Assembly (NCBI RefSeq): GCF_000143415.4
Contig: NW_003314270.1
Span: 1,357,048 to 1,421,047 of the forward strand
Direction of reading: 5' to 3'
DNA from: Selaginella moellendorffii
Lineage: Eukaryota > Plantae > Lycopodiophyta
Length of the DNA: 64,000 nt
Positions 10,904 through 23,648 of the stretch are shown here, piece after piece. A program made the translations under genes and the position numbers. The notes under the pieces were generated by a model, which was not told the origin of the DNA, ran no database searches, and saw only the letters and a program-made list of their open reading frames with translations. Each line of letters starts with the position of its first letter. Within the stretch, counting starts at the first letter, position 1.

Positions 10904-12658
10904 TCTCTCTCCGGATGAGAAGAAGGCCGAACAGCAGGAAGCTCAGCAGACCCCGCAAGATGCACGCTTGCAGAAGAAAAAGGATGACGAGGGGTTTACT
11001 TTGAAGTCGATCTTGCTAGACAGCTTTAGCTATGGACCAGCGGTGTTTGAGCACGTAATTCTGGACGCTGGCCTGCAACCAAATATGAAAGTTTGTGACG
11101 CTTCCAACAGGTCGATGGTATCTGAGAAGGATCTTCACTCGCTGCTGGAAGCTATCAAAAGATTCGAAGATTGGCTGGAAAGTGTGACGACAGGTGATTT
11201 TACACCGGAAGGATATATCACGTTTCATCCAAACAAGACTGCCAAGAAGAAGAACGCAGAGTCCGCGGAAGAGAAGGTGCATATGCATCTTACGTAATGG
11301 TCTGGAGTTGATTGTGGGCCTTTTCAGATGTTCGATGAGTTTTCTCCACTCCTATTGAAGCAGAGCGCTCACCGGGAGTATGTAAAGTTCGACACTTTTG
11401 ACGCGGCGCTGGATGAATTCTTCAGTAAGATTGAGGGCCAGCGACTGGACCAGCAGTGAAAGACACAAGAGGATTCTGCCTACTCAAAGCTTGAAAAAAT
11501 TCGTGCTGATCAGGTACCGAACACTGCAATAAATTTTAAATGTTCTCAACTCGTAACTGACATGTAGAGAAGTCGAGTGGAATCTCTGAAACGTGAAGTT
11601 GATCAAGCAGTACACACAGCCGAGCTCATCGAACGATCTAGCCATTGATGCGGTTCGTGCTGCGCTTGCAAATGGCATGGATTGGAAAGACTTGGGACGC
11701 ACGATAAACGAAGAAAAGCTGGCAACCACGTAGCGGGACTCATAATCTCGACGATATGGATGACGATAATAAGGTATGGCTTGGCCAATCTTATGGTTGT
11801 TTGATATGTAATTTTGCAGGTGGAAGTTGATCTTTCTCTCTCGGCTCATGCAAACACGGGGAAGTGGTCTGAAATGAAAAAGAAGCAAGCGCTTGAGCAG
11901 GAGAAGACCGTTGCAGCACATGAAAAAGCTTTCAAAGCTGCAGAGAGAAAGACGCAGCAACAATTATCCCAGGTGCCAGACTTGCTATCGTAATAATTCT
12001 CAAGATTGAGTGTTATGCTATCTGCTTAACAAAATCCTTGAATTAGCAAATATAGAGCTTAATATTGTCATTAGAAGTATTGAGTTGCTCATTGAGATAG
12101 AGAGTGTCAGTAACAATCTTGCAGCCATAAATATCATGGAGGTAGGTCTAAATGATTGATATAAATGTAAAAGGTAAGGCATCAATATCGCTCAACAGAA
12201 TGAACAAATTGTCAAGCGCTACATGAAGAAAGGCGATTTGTACGTAGTATGAAGTTGATTTCGCGTGTTTCATCTTATGCTTTTGGACCTGCAGGTACGT
12301 TCACGCCGATTTGCATGGTGCATCAAGTACTCTAATCAAGAATCATAATCCTTCTCAACCTGTGTCGCCTTTAACAATCAACCAGGCTGGATGTTTTACA
12401 GTAATGAGCTGTTTGTTGTCCTTCACAATGCAGTTCCTTAGTTTTTTTTTTTTTTTTTTGTTGACAGGTTTGTTGCAGTCAAGGATGAGATTCCAAGATC
12501 ATTACAAGTGCTTGGTTGGTATATGATCATCAAGTGAGCAAAACGGCCCCAACAGGTGAATATCTCACTGTTGAAATTTTCATGATATGAGGAAAGAAGA
12601 ATTTTCTTCCACTGTATCCACTTGTCATGGGGTTTAGACTCTTTTTGAGGCTTGATGA
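10904..12658 (+). pseudogene. NEMF: Internal fragment of NEMF/Rqc2, inverted copy of ~20733-22527
   Basis: Matches the intact gene exon for exon ([10 protein letters not shown]...; [10 protein letters not shown]; [11 protein letters not shown]). It has a CGA>TGA stop near 11457, several deletions, and ~190 bp of unrelated sequence at ~11995-12185. Confidence 0.92.
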
Positions 12659-12679
12659 ACGAATGGAAAACTAAGATAT

Positions 12680-13390
12680 GTAGTATATAGAATTGAACGT
12701 GAGGTGATAAGAGCTGCACGAGCCATATTTTTCTGGAGCGAGTTATGAAAAGGAAGTTAAAACCAATGTGGAATCACTTATGGAGCTGTGGTGCATTGAT
12801 ACTAAGTGTCTTCTACTACATGAAATGAATTCTTGACACAACTTTCTTTTTGCAAAATAGAGCCTTAAGATATTTACTTATATGGAATTATCAATATTGT
12901 GTATGTTTGAAGAGCATATGGTTTTATTTGTTTATGAAGGGATGCACTACAGTGCAAGTATACTTGTGTCAATGAACAAGAGAGGTTTAACTCTTAACAA
13001 ATGCTACTACATGACAATAGTACAATTTGGTCAGCTAAAACACATGTGTAGTGATTGGATGAAGGAGTTCAATGAAATAAAGATAGATTTGACAAATGCA
13101 TGGCCTGTGTTTTTGCATAGTTCCTTAGTTCATAACTAGATAAAACTTGCACCTTTCTATGTATGTTTGTAAAAGATCCAGCACTTATGAAGGGAAATAT
13201 GGTGCAAGTGGCTTGGTACTTGAAAACAATGGTATTGACTATGAAGCACCATAGTATGACCTATGTAAGGGATAATTGACATGCATATAACTTATGTAAT
13301 GTCCTTTATACTGATTCTCACAATGGCTTAAAAAGCATGTAAAAGCATGGAACTTACACATAATGCGGACTGTTACAAAGAGGCATGGAT
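12680..13390 (+). mobile_element. Decayed DDE (rve-type integrase core) transposase of a eukaryotic IS3-like DNA transposon
   Basis: Translation across stops and frameshifts gives ordered motifs ELWCID - KIEP*DIYLYGIIN - SMNKRGLTL - QFGQLKHMCSDWMKE - KIQHL*RE - KAWNLHIMRT. These parallel the family pattern lWHiD-KL.PyG..IhG.iDG-NnrA.TV-yG.P.rvRsD.G.E-RIERLWR-WN.H.iRt (recalled, not searched). Confidence 0.55.
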
Positions 13391-14368
13391 ATCACCAAGC
13401 ATATAATTTAGCTAAACTCTTCATTAAGTTGTTATTTTTTTATAGGAGTTATTATGCCTCCATTATAATATATATCAGAGCAATGTGGAAGGCCTAGAGT
13501 TTGATTAAAAGGTGTTGTTACATCACACACTCATGTTGGAGGTTGGATGAGTGTCCCATAGCACCCTTCTTATGAGCGTGTATCTAAAACATATCATTAG
13601 GTTCCTAAGACTGTCTGCACAATAAATGGAAGTATGTACAATGCTACTCAAATTTGTGAATATGCCATGATATATATAAAAAAGTCTTATATCAACATAT
13701 TTATAAATGTTGCACACATAATTGTTTTCCCCTAAATCCCACAAAACTATTGCCATGTAAACCTTGCAAAATTGTTATCATGTAAATTTGGCAAACCTCT
13801 ACATATTATCTCTTTCCTAAATTATTTAACGCTCATCAAAAAGGGGCAATTTTTTTATGGCATACCTTAATTTATATGTAAATTGCTCCACATCATAATG
13901 GTGATCCTCAACTTCTATAGTGGATGAACAAGTCGTAGTCTTAGGAAGGTGTGGTTCCGTGATGGTTGTGGTGGCCCAATACAAGGGAAGATGTTAATAA
14001 TAATCCACTATCTGTTGGTAAAGAACTTTGTATTTATCACAAAGCAATGAAGCATGTGCAACTTTATAATGTTCATCACCATCACTGAAAAAAATGCCCT
14101 TACAGTGGCTAGCACTCTCCAAGTGCAAGCATATAACCACTTTTGGCTACTAAAATATTTGTCTATATCTGTAAACAAATATTAAAAGATGTAATGAATG
14201 GCAAAAGCCTACATATAGAGCACTTACAATTGCCTTTAACTCCACAAAGAGTATATAATCCACAATGGAGTTGATTGTGTTTTCAAGTGTCTCTTAGTAT
14301 CTAACATTGACTTGCACCTTTTCAACATGAAATATGTTGACTATCCACATCACTTTGTGCCATATTTT

Positions 14369-15044
14369 TGTAAGCTCTTGAATTTAGACTTCCCTAGAAG
14401 TCACCAACTTAATACTATTCAAGGACACTTAACCCTAAATATCCCACCTTTAATCAATTGGAAAAGAGGTGCACTTTTATTTATAAACCTTTTCCCTCTA
14501 TATTAAACCGTTATGAATTATTTCTTAAGTCGTTCTCTTTGGTTATTTATAATCTATCATACTTCACTACAAGTTCATGCTGTTGTAAATGAAAGCTAAG
14601 AGCTACAGCTCTCCTGAGAGCCTTGCTCTTTTAACACCTTACCCTTTGGGTCGAGCCCAGTTAAAGCAAACTAGACTTGCCAAATATCAATTAACATATA
14701 GTGTTTGAGAGCCCCGTTCTCTTGAAACCCTACCTCTTAGTTTGAGCCCAACTGAAGCAAATTAAACTTGTCAAATGTCAATCAACATGTGGTGTAATTT
14801 CTATAGCCAGCCAAGAAAATCAGATTTGAGACCTTTCTAATATCAAATATAAGTTTATGAATTTAAATTTCCCAGGAGATCACCCAACTCAATACTATTC
14901 AAACCCAAGGATACTTAACCTTAAATATCCCAAAACCCTTAATCAATTAAAAAAAGAGGTACATTTTTATTCATGGGCTCTTTTTTTTTTTATATTTGAA
15001 CCTTTATGGATCATCTTTCAAGTTATTTTCTTTGGTTGTTCACA
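14369..15044 (-). mobile_element. Cassandra-like TRIM: 676 bp, LTRs 14369-14551 and 14848-15044, TSD ATTTT
   Basis: Two ~190-bp direct repeats with outer ends TG...CA and identical ATTTT flanks (14364-14368, 15045-15049). Degenerate tRNA-iMet PBS at 14836-14845 (TCTAATATCA vs TCTGATACCA), PPT-like tract at ~14552-14566, and 5S-like sequence in both LTRs. Confidence 0.85.
14866..14919 (-). other. 5S rRNA-derived segment (A-box/C-box internal promoter region) in the TRIM LTR; second copy at 14387-14433
   Basis: TTCCCAGGAGATCACCCAACTCAATACTATTCAAACCCAAGGATACTTAAC aligns without gaps to the reverse complement of plant 5S rRNA, TTCCCAGGAGGTCACCCATCCTAGTACTACTCTCGCCCAAGCACGCTTAAC. Confidence 0.8.
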
Positions 15045-15197
15045 ATTTTATATAAAGTTTAGCATGTCCCACATGCATGGAGCATAGTGGCCATGAACAC
15101 CACTTATTGCAGTGTGATGATGTGCATTGCATCCATACACTCGTTATAAACTTTGTAGAGCAATACAATTATGCAAGGACAATCAAGTTGCATCTTG

Positions 15198-15285
15198 GTT
15201 ATAAAAATCTAAAATATCAAAATCTCAATAGTATATACTTCATGTTATAAAAATCTAAAATATCAAAATCTCAATAGTATATACC
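15198..15285. repeat. Tandem duplication of a ~46-bp unit
   Basis: GTTATAAAAATCTAAAATATCAAAATCTCAATAGTATATAC occurs twice in succession. Confidence 0.9.
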
Positions 15286-17759
15286 TACATGAAGATGCAT
15301 TTAAATTGCATAGTAAGAAAATAGTCAAAGTAAATGTACCTTGTTGAAGCCTTCATTAGGAAACTCATGCACCCCTAAAGCATGTGCATGCCAACTCTAC
15401 CCTTCCTCACACATATCAAAATATACTTGTAAAAGAATTTATACCTAGTTCCACATAGCATCCAACATCTGTTTTGTTGGCCCCTAAAGTTTTATATATC
15501 ATCATCTACCACCAATTTACTATTAACAAACCTACAATATACAAAGTATAACTATGGGAAGATTGATTTATCCCTTTGAACATTGATGCAAAACCTAGAG
15601 CTAAGGCAAACTTGTACATGCATGTATTATATTATATTTGAAACATATCATGCGTTCTCACTTGATATGTCTCCAGTAAGTACCTTGAATTATGCATTGT
15701 GTCTATGAGTATCTTTAAGGCTTGTATTACTATATCATGGTAATGGGCCCTCCAAGCTATCTCCTTGCACTTTACCACTTCAAGTAGTTGCTATACTGTG
15801 GGATGCACTTCTTATCATGCCAGGAACATCTTATTAACCCACTCCTATGCAATAGGTAAATGGATATGAAACACCTCTAAGTCTACTACTAGCCTCCATT
15901 AGAAATTTGCTATATGATTATACTATAGACTAGATCCTCCACCCTTGCATCAATGGAGAGACGTATTGGCTCCCAAGAATCTGTGTTGGGGAGTGTTTAT
16001 GCCCACAAAATAGTGTGCACCTATTCCTCTGCTGTGGCATCAAGATTAAGAGAGAGAGCTTCCTACTGCCCCAGATAAAGTATTGGTGGCATAAACATGC
16101 CTCATAGCGTATGCTTACAATATGTTCTACTATATCTTCAATAGCCATAAGCACCTTTAGCATGTGCTTTCATGTCTACAAGCTTGCATGTTTGGCCTCT
16201 TGAAGCTACAACCCTGTGAAGTGTGTGCTTAAGTTGCTAGCCACCTAGAAAAAGTCAACAAGATTATTTTCATGTTCATATAAAAAGTCTATCATCAATC
16301 TACACCCTTTCCATCTAGTTTAAATACTCATTCTGTCTCCATCACTTAAGCCTTTCCATTCACTACCTTTTTTGATCCATTTATATCAAGTCAATACAAT
16401 TGATTTGGTTATTATAGAATTTTTTTTTGGTGTGGAAAGTGGAATAAATAACTGGTGAAAGTAGGGTAAATTCCCTTATCTTGTTTTTTCATGGAAGACC
16501 CTTCAATTTGTAGTAGGATATGAGCTAAAAAGTTAAGCTTACGAGTGAAGCTAAATTTTCAATTGTAGTTTAATACAAATATTATAAATTTTAAAAAATT
16601 AAGGTATTATACTTTTACAACTCTTTACACTATATATAGATAAAACTTTTCTGGAGGAGAATTCTCACCAAAATATTTACTATATGCTATTATAGGTATA
16701 TTCATAAAAATAATAAAATAAATAGTTTCTAATATTGGTAGCTTTAACTCTTAAAATCTTTCTTCTTAGGGTAGCAATTCAAGGGTTAGGAGTTGCAATA
16801 GTCATACCATTACATAGCACAACCAAATTAGATAAGATATAAAAAGAGAGGATAATAAAGATAGTGATTACGAGTTGGAAATAAATGTAATTACAAAGAG
16901 TAAAATAAATTAGGTGAAAAAGAATGCTCTCTTTGTTATTTTAGAAGATTTTAGTTCTATGATTTTTAAAAAATACCTCATTTAGTTTTCAGTGGAAACA
17001 ATGGCAATGATCAATACAATAGTATATATATACTTTTACCAAGGTTTTTTTTTAAGGATTGCAAAAAAATCAAAATATGAAAATTGTAAAAGTAAAAAAA
17101 ACGATAGGTTCTCATGAACTTTATCTTTTTTAAATAACTTAATCTAATAGAAACTTTCAACCTAGATATTTATATATTTCAATGTTTTAAAGTTCATCAG
17201 AACCATGATTATAAGAGGCCTCATGCTCATTAGAGGTGTCATATTACAAGATGGACAAGGAAAAAGATGGAGGATGTACCTCCATGTGAGGAGGTGCAAC
17301 ATAGAGAGATAAAAGGAAGTGCTTCCACATGAGGAGATAGAGGAGGCGCCTCCATGCAAGGAAGTGCAAGGCTAAGAGATGAAGGAGGAGTCTTTATGCA
17401 AAATGGTGAAAGAAAAACTTTAATTGCAATGCAAAGTCACCAACAAGCAAGTTCTATGCAGCATAGCTTACTCATAATATGGAACCTCATGCTCATAAAA
17501 AGCTTTGTATGCAACCTCCACCTATATAATCTGAATGTCTATAGTCTTGACCATCTGTGAGCTTTTAAACCCTAAAAAAATATAGGAAATGGATTCTATA
17601 TATATGTTGTAGTGCAAAATTTCATAAAGTCCATTTTTAATGCTTATCATGGATGAACTTACCATCTCAATATAAACCTCTCCAAGTGCAAGTCATCACC
17701 ATTGCATCCTCCTCCTCCAAATCATGGTGATGAATGTAAGCTCAAGCAACCTATAGCAA

Positions 17760-18007
17760 TACACAAAATGAAAATATGTGCATGTGGCAGTGGGGAAATG
17801 CAATTTTGTGTCTCACATTTTGAGAAGAACCCTGGCAGTGGGTATCTTGTTTACTTGCATCCACATGATGAGAGTTATGACTTCTTCTCATGGGCTGATA
17901 CTCCAGATTTAAGATGCAACAAACTATGTAGCCTTATGGCATCACATACATCATGCAATCTATGGTGGGAGTTCGTTTCTTGTATTGGTTGTCACTTCTT
18001 TGCATAG
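17760..18007 (+). pseudogene. Degenerate tandem GRF-type zinc-finger coding relic, probably transposon-associated
   Basis: ICACGSG...SHFEKNPGSGY...YDFFSWAD is followed by C..C...SHTSCN..WEFVSC..CHFFA, resembling the C-x-C-G...S...NPGR.F..C...C.FF.W.D pattern. Confidence 0.55.
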
Positions 18008-19335
18008 AGGGATACTCTTCACTAGTATAAATATTGTTCATGTTTCTAACATAATATATATAACCATAATTTTACCTTTCAAAACATTTATTCTTACTTG
18101 CTAATAGCAATATACGTGGATGCATAGAGATAAGTGGTATAATTTATATCTAAGAGACTCTTGATGTGTATGAAGGACCTTTAATATTATAAAAATTATA
18201 AATTGAGTATAATTTAGATGCGTGGATTTTTATTTTCAGTAAAATCCAATAAATAGATCTTGTCAAGATTTTAAATTTTTGGTTTTTTTCATTATAACAG
18301 GCAAATCAGCCCTCTTTAAATTCTGCATAGTTAATAGGAGTAGATAGGTGAATTTACAAAAACACAAATTGAGTCATAAAAGTTGTATTGATCATTGGAT
18401 ATGCCACAAATGTTGCATACTAACATTTAACACACAATTTATTGTTCCAAATTGTTGCTTTAAGCACTCCCTAGCAAGTACCACAGTTCAAACATGGATG
18501 TATGCTTCACACACCTCATGTAGTTGAGGTCTTGTCTTGTGACGTGGGTTGTGGAACAAAAGCAGACCATCACTACTATAATCCAGGCTAGATGTAAAGT
18601 GTTTGACAGTGCAGGAGTGGTAGTAGAGGCATAAAAAATGCCATACCATTCTTTTGAACAAGCTCTTATTCATATAGATGAAGTATGTGATGTGAGGGTG
18701 GCTACAAAGGTGGATGCACATACACTAATCAATGTGAGATAAGAATTAGTGACGATGGAGACAGAATGTGTAGAGACCTGGGCAATTCTCTTGATCATAA
18801 AATCAACCAGAGGTTATCAAAACTGATAACCAATTATATAACGAGGACACACTATGTAATTAATATTATCATGAGCTGATGATATGAACCATGCCAACAC
18901 TGATATCGAGCGTGCCCAGCGCAGCCACAGAAGCTACTTCTGACGTCTCACTGTGCGCAGGATTTTGCTGTAGCAGCTCCTCACATACACCAGCGGCTCA
19001 TGCTTTCTTCTTGGCAACCGCCCGGGCTCGTCACATTTGTGAGAAGGCTTTCAGCTCCTTGTACAGGGTATTAGCTATGTCTCTTGCTGTCGTTCGCAGG
19101 CTTCGCAACCAGGCTGGGATGTGGGATACCGAGCAGCTAGAATGCACGCTGCCAGGAGCCTCGACATTTTCTCAAACCTCTTTGCCACCTTTTTGTATTT
19201 GCGTTCCTCGGTTGTTTCTACCCTCAAATACCTTCCAGGCACATACTAACATTGCAAAGATCACGTTAGCTAGAACTATCACGCATGGGGAAAAACAACG
19301 AAGAAAATGGTCGTAGAGTACCTTTACAATTGTCT

Positions 19336-22300
19336 TCAAGCTTTATCTTTCTTCACCGCGGCTTTCTTCTTGCTGCTCTTCTGGCTCTGCTTTAGCTTCG
19401 CCAGTCCCGGAGCGCTCACCTTCACATTTCCAATCATGCACGCTACCAGATCCGACTCCGCCACCGCTTTCATCAATTCCTTCTCTCTCGGAAGCACGTC
19501 CGACGAACGAATGAAAGAGTCAATAGCCATTTTCGCTCCTGGAAGCAGCAAACGAATGACACCAAGCGAAAGAAAGCCACGTAACTATTTACCTTTGCCT
19601 TTCTTCGAAGGCCCTGGTGTGATCTTTACGTGGTACTTGTAGCTCTGGAGAGCACTGTAAGGCCCGCACACCGGTACCGCGTAGAGCAGGATGTCGTTCG
19701 GGAGGGGCCTTCCAGTCAGAGCGTCCAGCTCCGTTAGCTTCTCCCTTTCTTCCTCGTCCAGATCCACAATGTTCTCCTCGGCATTGATCGCCGCAATTTC
19801 GCTTTCAGTTTGCTTCGAGTCCGGGCACTCGGATGCAACATGTCCACTTTTCTTGCAGGTGTAGCAAATGACGGGTTTCTTTGCTGCGTCTGTAACGCTT
19901 GCAAACTCAAGGACAAAAATTAGAGTACAAGACGAACCTTCATTCTTCACGCTCGGTTTTTCTGGTTGCTCCTTGGCTGATGGTTTTTGTCGTCCTGCAG
20001 ACTGTTTGTAATTACGTTTCAAGTCAGTTCCAGGAAGAACAAAAACAAAAGAGAAAAACTTACAGAAAGTAGGGACATTCTCAGCTCCCGTTCCTCGTCA
20101 TCTTGCTCGGCATACTTCTTGAGTTTCTTCAGCTTTCCCTTCTTCCCGCGGACCTGCTTGTTGCTCCCTTCACTGGGCTTGGCTCCTGAACTACCCTCCT
20201 CTATGCCATCTTTCTCATTTTCCTGGGCCACTTCCTGAGTGTTTCCACCTTTCTTCAACTTCCTTCGCTCTGCTTTTGATATGTACGGCTTCTCCCTGGC
20301 TACCTTTGTCTCTTGATCAGCGTCATCAACTTGGTCTTCTGTTTGAACTTCACCCAGTCCGTACTTATTCGTATCTACCTGAGACGGAAGAACGGACTTG
20401 AGCTCTAGCGCCTTATCAAGCAAGCTATCGATATCTGAGTCGGATTGCGGAGCCTGTTCCTCCTGCTCATCCATTGCTGCGTTCTCTGTTTCCGGTGCTC
20501 TAGCTTCCTCTGATTCCGCTTCCTCCGATCTAGCTTCCTCTGCTTCCGTCACACTAGCTTTCTCTATCGTGCTTCCACCATCACCGCTTTCTTTTCTCTC
20601 GTGAACTTTGTCCTGACTATCCTCTACACTAGCGTCGTCAATCTCCTCATCGTCCTGAATCTCTGCTTCTGGTTCTTCGTTGTCCCCTTCAGCTCTAATT
20701 CTCCTCTCGTTAAAGTGAGCAGGGATGGAGCTTTCATCAAGCCTGAAAAAGAGTCCAAAGCCCATGACAAGTGGATACGGTGGAAGAAAATTCTTCTTTC
20801 CTCGTATCATGAAACTTCCAACCGTGAGATATTCACCCGTCGGGGCCGTCTTGCTCACTTGATGATCATATACCCACCAAGCACTTGTAATGATCTTGGA
20901 ATCCCATGCTTGACTGCGACAAACCTGTCAAAAAAAAAAAAAAAACAAAAAAAACAAAAAAAGCGAAGGAACTGCATTGCGAAAGATAAACAAACAGCTC
21001 GTTACCGTAAAACATCCAGCCTGGTTGATTGTTAAAGGCGACACAGGTTGAGAAGGATTATGATTCTTGATTAGAGTGCTTGATGCACCATGCAAATCGG
21101 CGTGAACATACCTGCAGGTCCAAAAGCATAACATGAAACACGCGAAATCAACTTCATACTACGTACAAATCGCCTTTCTTCATGTAGCGCTTGACAATTT
21201 GTTCGTTCTGTTGAGCGTCTCGTCCACTGATGATAAGATAGTTCTCACTGCTTATGAACCAGTTAAACTTCTCGAACCAGTGGACTTTTCGCAAGTGCGA
21301 AATAGTTGCAACAGCCTTTGCCTGTGAAAGAACTTCAAATCAGAACAAATTACGATAGCAAGTCTGGCACCTGGGATAATTGTTGCTGCGTCTTTCTCTC
21401 TGCTGCTTTGAAAGCTTTTTCATGTGCTGCAACAGTCTTTTCCTGCTTAAGCGCTTGCTTCTTTTTCATGTCAAACCACTTCCTCGCGTTTGCATGAGCT
21501 GAGAGAGAAAGATCAACTTCCACCTGCAAAATTACATATCAAACAACCATAAGATTTGCTGAAGCCATACCTTATCCGCGGGTTTTGTTTTATCATCGTC
21601 ATCCATATCGTCGAGATTATTGCTTAGGAGTAATGTTATGTGGTTCTTTTCCAGCTGCAGACTGTGTATGAGTCCTGCTACGGGGTTGCCAGCTTTTCTT
21701 TCTTCTTTTATCATGCGTCCCAAGTCTTTCCAATCCATGCCATTTGCAAGCGCAGCACGAACCGCATCAATGGCTAGATCGACGTCAGCCAGGTTGTATT
21801 CGATGAGCTCAGCTGTGTGTACTGCTTGATCAACTTCACGTTTCAGAGATTCCACTCGACTTCTCTACATGCCAGTTACGAGTTGAGAACATTTAAAATT
21901 TATTGCAGTGTCGGTACCTGATCAGCACGAATTTTTTCAAGCTTTGAGTAGGCAGAATCCTCCTGTGTCTTTCGCTGCTGGTCCAGTCGCTGGCCCTCAA
22001 TCTTACTGAAGAATTCATCCAGCGCCGCGTCAAAAGTGTCGAACTTTACATACTCCCGGTGAGCGCTCTGCTTCAATAGGAGTGGAGAAAACTCATCGAA
22101 CATCTGCAAAGGCCCACAATCAACTCCAGACCATTACGTAAGACGAATATCCACCTTCTCTTCCGCGGACTCTGCGTTCTTCTTCTTGGCAGTCTTGTTT
22201 GGATGAAACGTAATATATCCTTCCGGCGTAAAATCACCGGTCGTCACACTTTCCAGCCAATCTTCGAATCTTTTGATAGCTTCCAGTAGCGAGTGAAGAT

Positions 22301-23290
22301 CCTTCTCAGATACCATCGACCTGTTGGAAGCGTCACAAACTTTCATATTTGGTTGCAGGCCAGCGTCCAGAATTACGTGCTCAAACACCGCTGGTCCGTA
22401 GCTAAAGCTGTCTAGCAAGATCGACTTCAAAGTAAATCCCTCGTCATCCTTTTTCTTCTGCAAGCGTGCATCTTGCGGGGTCTGCTGAGCTTCCTGCTGT
22501 TCGGCCTTCTTCTCATCCGGAGAGAAGGCACGTATCAGGTCTTGCATCGTCGTTCGTTGAAAGGTTCGACAATTCTCGACTGGATATCGATGACGAGCCA
22601 TCATAGCAATGCCTTTATAATCGTCCCTGGAAGAAAAATGTAATAGCACAATGTCTCGCAAAGAAAAACAAAAAAAATCTACAAGCTTGCCTGTGACTAC
22701 GAAGTAAAGTAAGAACGTTGTAGTCCGCATCAGTGAGTAGCACGTTGCCTTGAGCATAGAGCTCCAAGATGATGTGATGAGCGAGTTCTCCAGTGCCAAA
22801 TTGGAAATCTACCACCTAGAAAGAATCATAGAGAATTACTTGCAATTTTCAATGTGACCATACCCGATCAACACCAAGCTGTTGGACATTCTCCAGTCTT
22901 CTAGTTCGTATGTGCTTTCTCAGCTTCAGAGTAAATCCAGAAGGTGTAACGCTCTTATCCCTGCAAAGGAGAAAGACACGAATCTCTCCAAGCTTGAATG
23001 AAATCTCTTACCGGGAGAATTCGGTCATATGCAATCGGACGCCACTCTCCAGCAGCACGAGAGCTCTCTCGCCTTCTCCGGAACTAGTGAGGCCGCTGCT
23101 CTTGGCGAGCTTGATCACATACGTCTGGAATGCGAGAGAGAGAGAGAGAGAAAATGGACCGATGATCCTGTCGACGGAAGATTACCTTCGGCGTGAGATC
23201 GTACACGTTCGCGCACCGCATTCCGATGAGACAGCGCAGGCATTTCACCTCCGCCGCCACATCTGCGACGTTCAGCCGCCCCTTCACCAT
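19336..23290 (-). CDS. NEMF: NEMF/Rqc2 ribosome quality-control subunit (NFACT-N, NFACT-R, zinc knuckle, NFACT-C), multi-exon, apparently intact
   Basis: [29 protein letters not shown]; [13 protein letters not shown]; [13 protein letters not shown]; [12 protein letters not shown]; [11 protein letters not shown]; [27 protein letters not shown]; CCHC knuckle; YHVKITPG. Short GT-AG introns throughout. Confidence 0.95.
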
Positions 23291-23309
23291 GGCGCTCGTG
23301 CTCTGAGAG

Positions 23310-23373
23310 AAACCCTAGCTAAGCCTCGTATATCAATTTGATTCGTTTAGAATATTCAAGATTTAGGGTTTTG
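23310..23373. promoter_or_regulatory. Telo-box motifs (AAACCCTA / TAGGGTTT) upstream of NEMF
   Basis: AAACCCTAG at ~23310 and TTTAGGGTTTT at ~23362. Telo-boxes are typical of plant translation-machinery genes. Confidence 0.5.
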
Positions 23374-23648
23374 TCAAGGTGACGGCATGTTGCGGCGACT
23401 GCTGTACCGAGGTGAGTCAAATTCGAGCAGTGTAGACACTCGGCTAACATTCTTTTCTGCCCAGCAGCAGCACCCAAGGCTCGATGTGTTCGCGGAATCG
23501 CCAACGAAGCCACAACAGCTCCTCCGCTCAATCTCGTCTACGACGCCAACACCACTTCCTTGCTTCTCTTCTGCGATGACTGCTATAAAAGGGACTTCAC
23601 TTGCCGATTGAATGACTACATCCCCCTGAAAGCGTTCTACCAATCACT

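Noticed and set aside
14866-14919. Functional 5S rRNA gene
   Set aside because: Only ~50 degenerate nt of the 120-nt gene, embedded in LTRs.
18812-19247. Hairpin GGTTATCA-AAAC-TGATAACC as a Helitron end, and ORF 18891..19316
   Set aside because: No CTRR terminus at the expected distance, and the ORF has no recognisable homology and overlaps the NEMF 3' flank.
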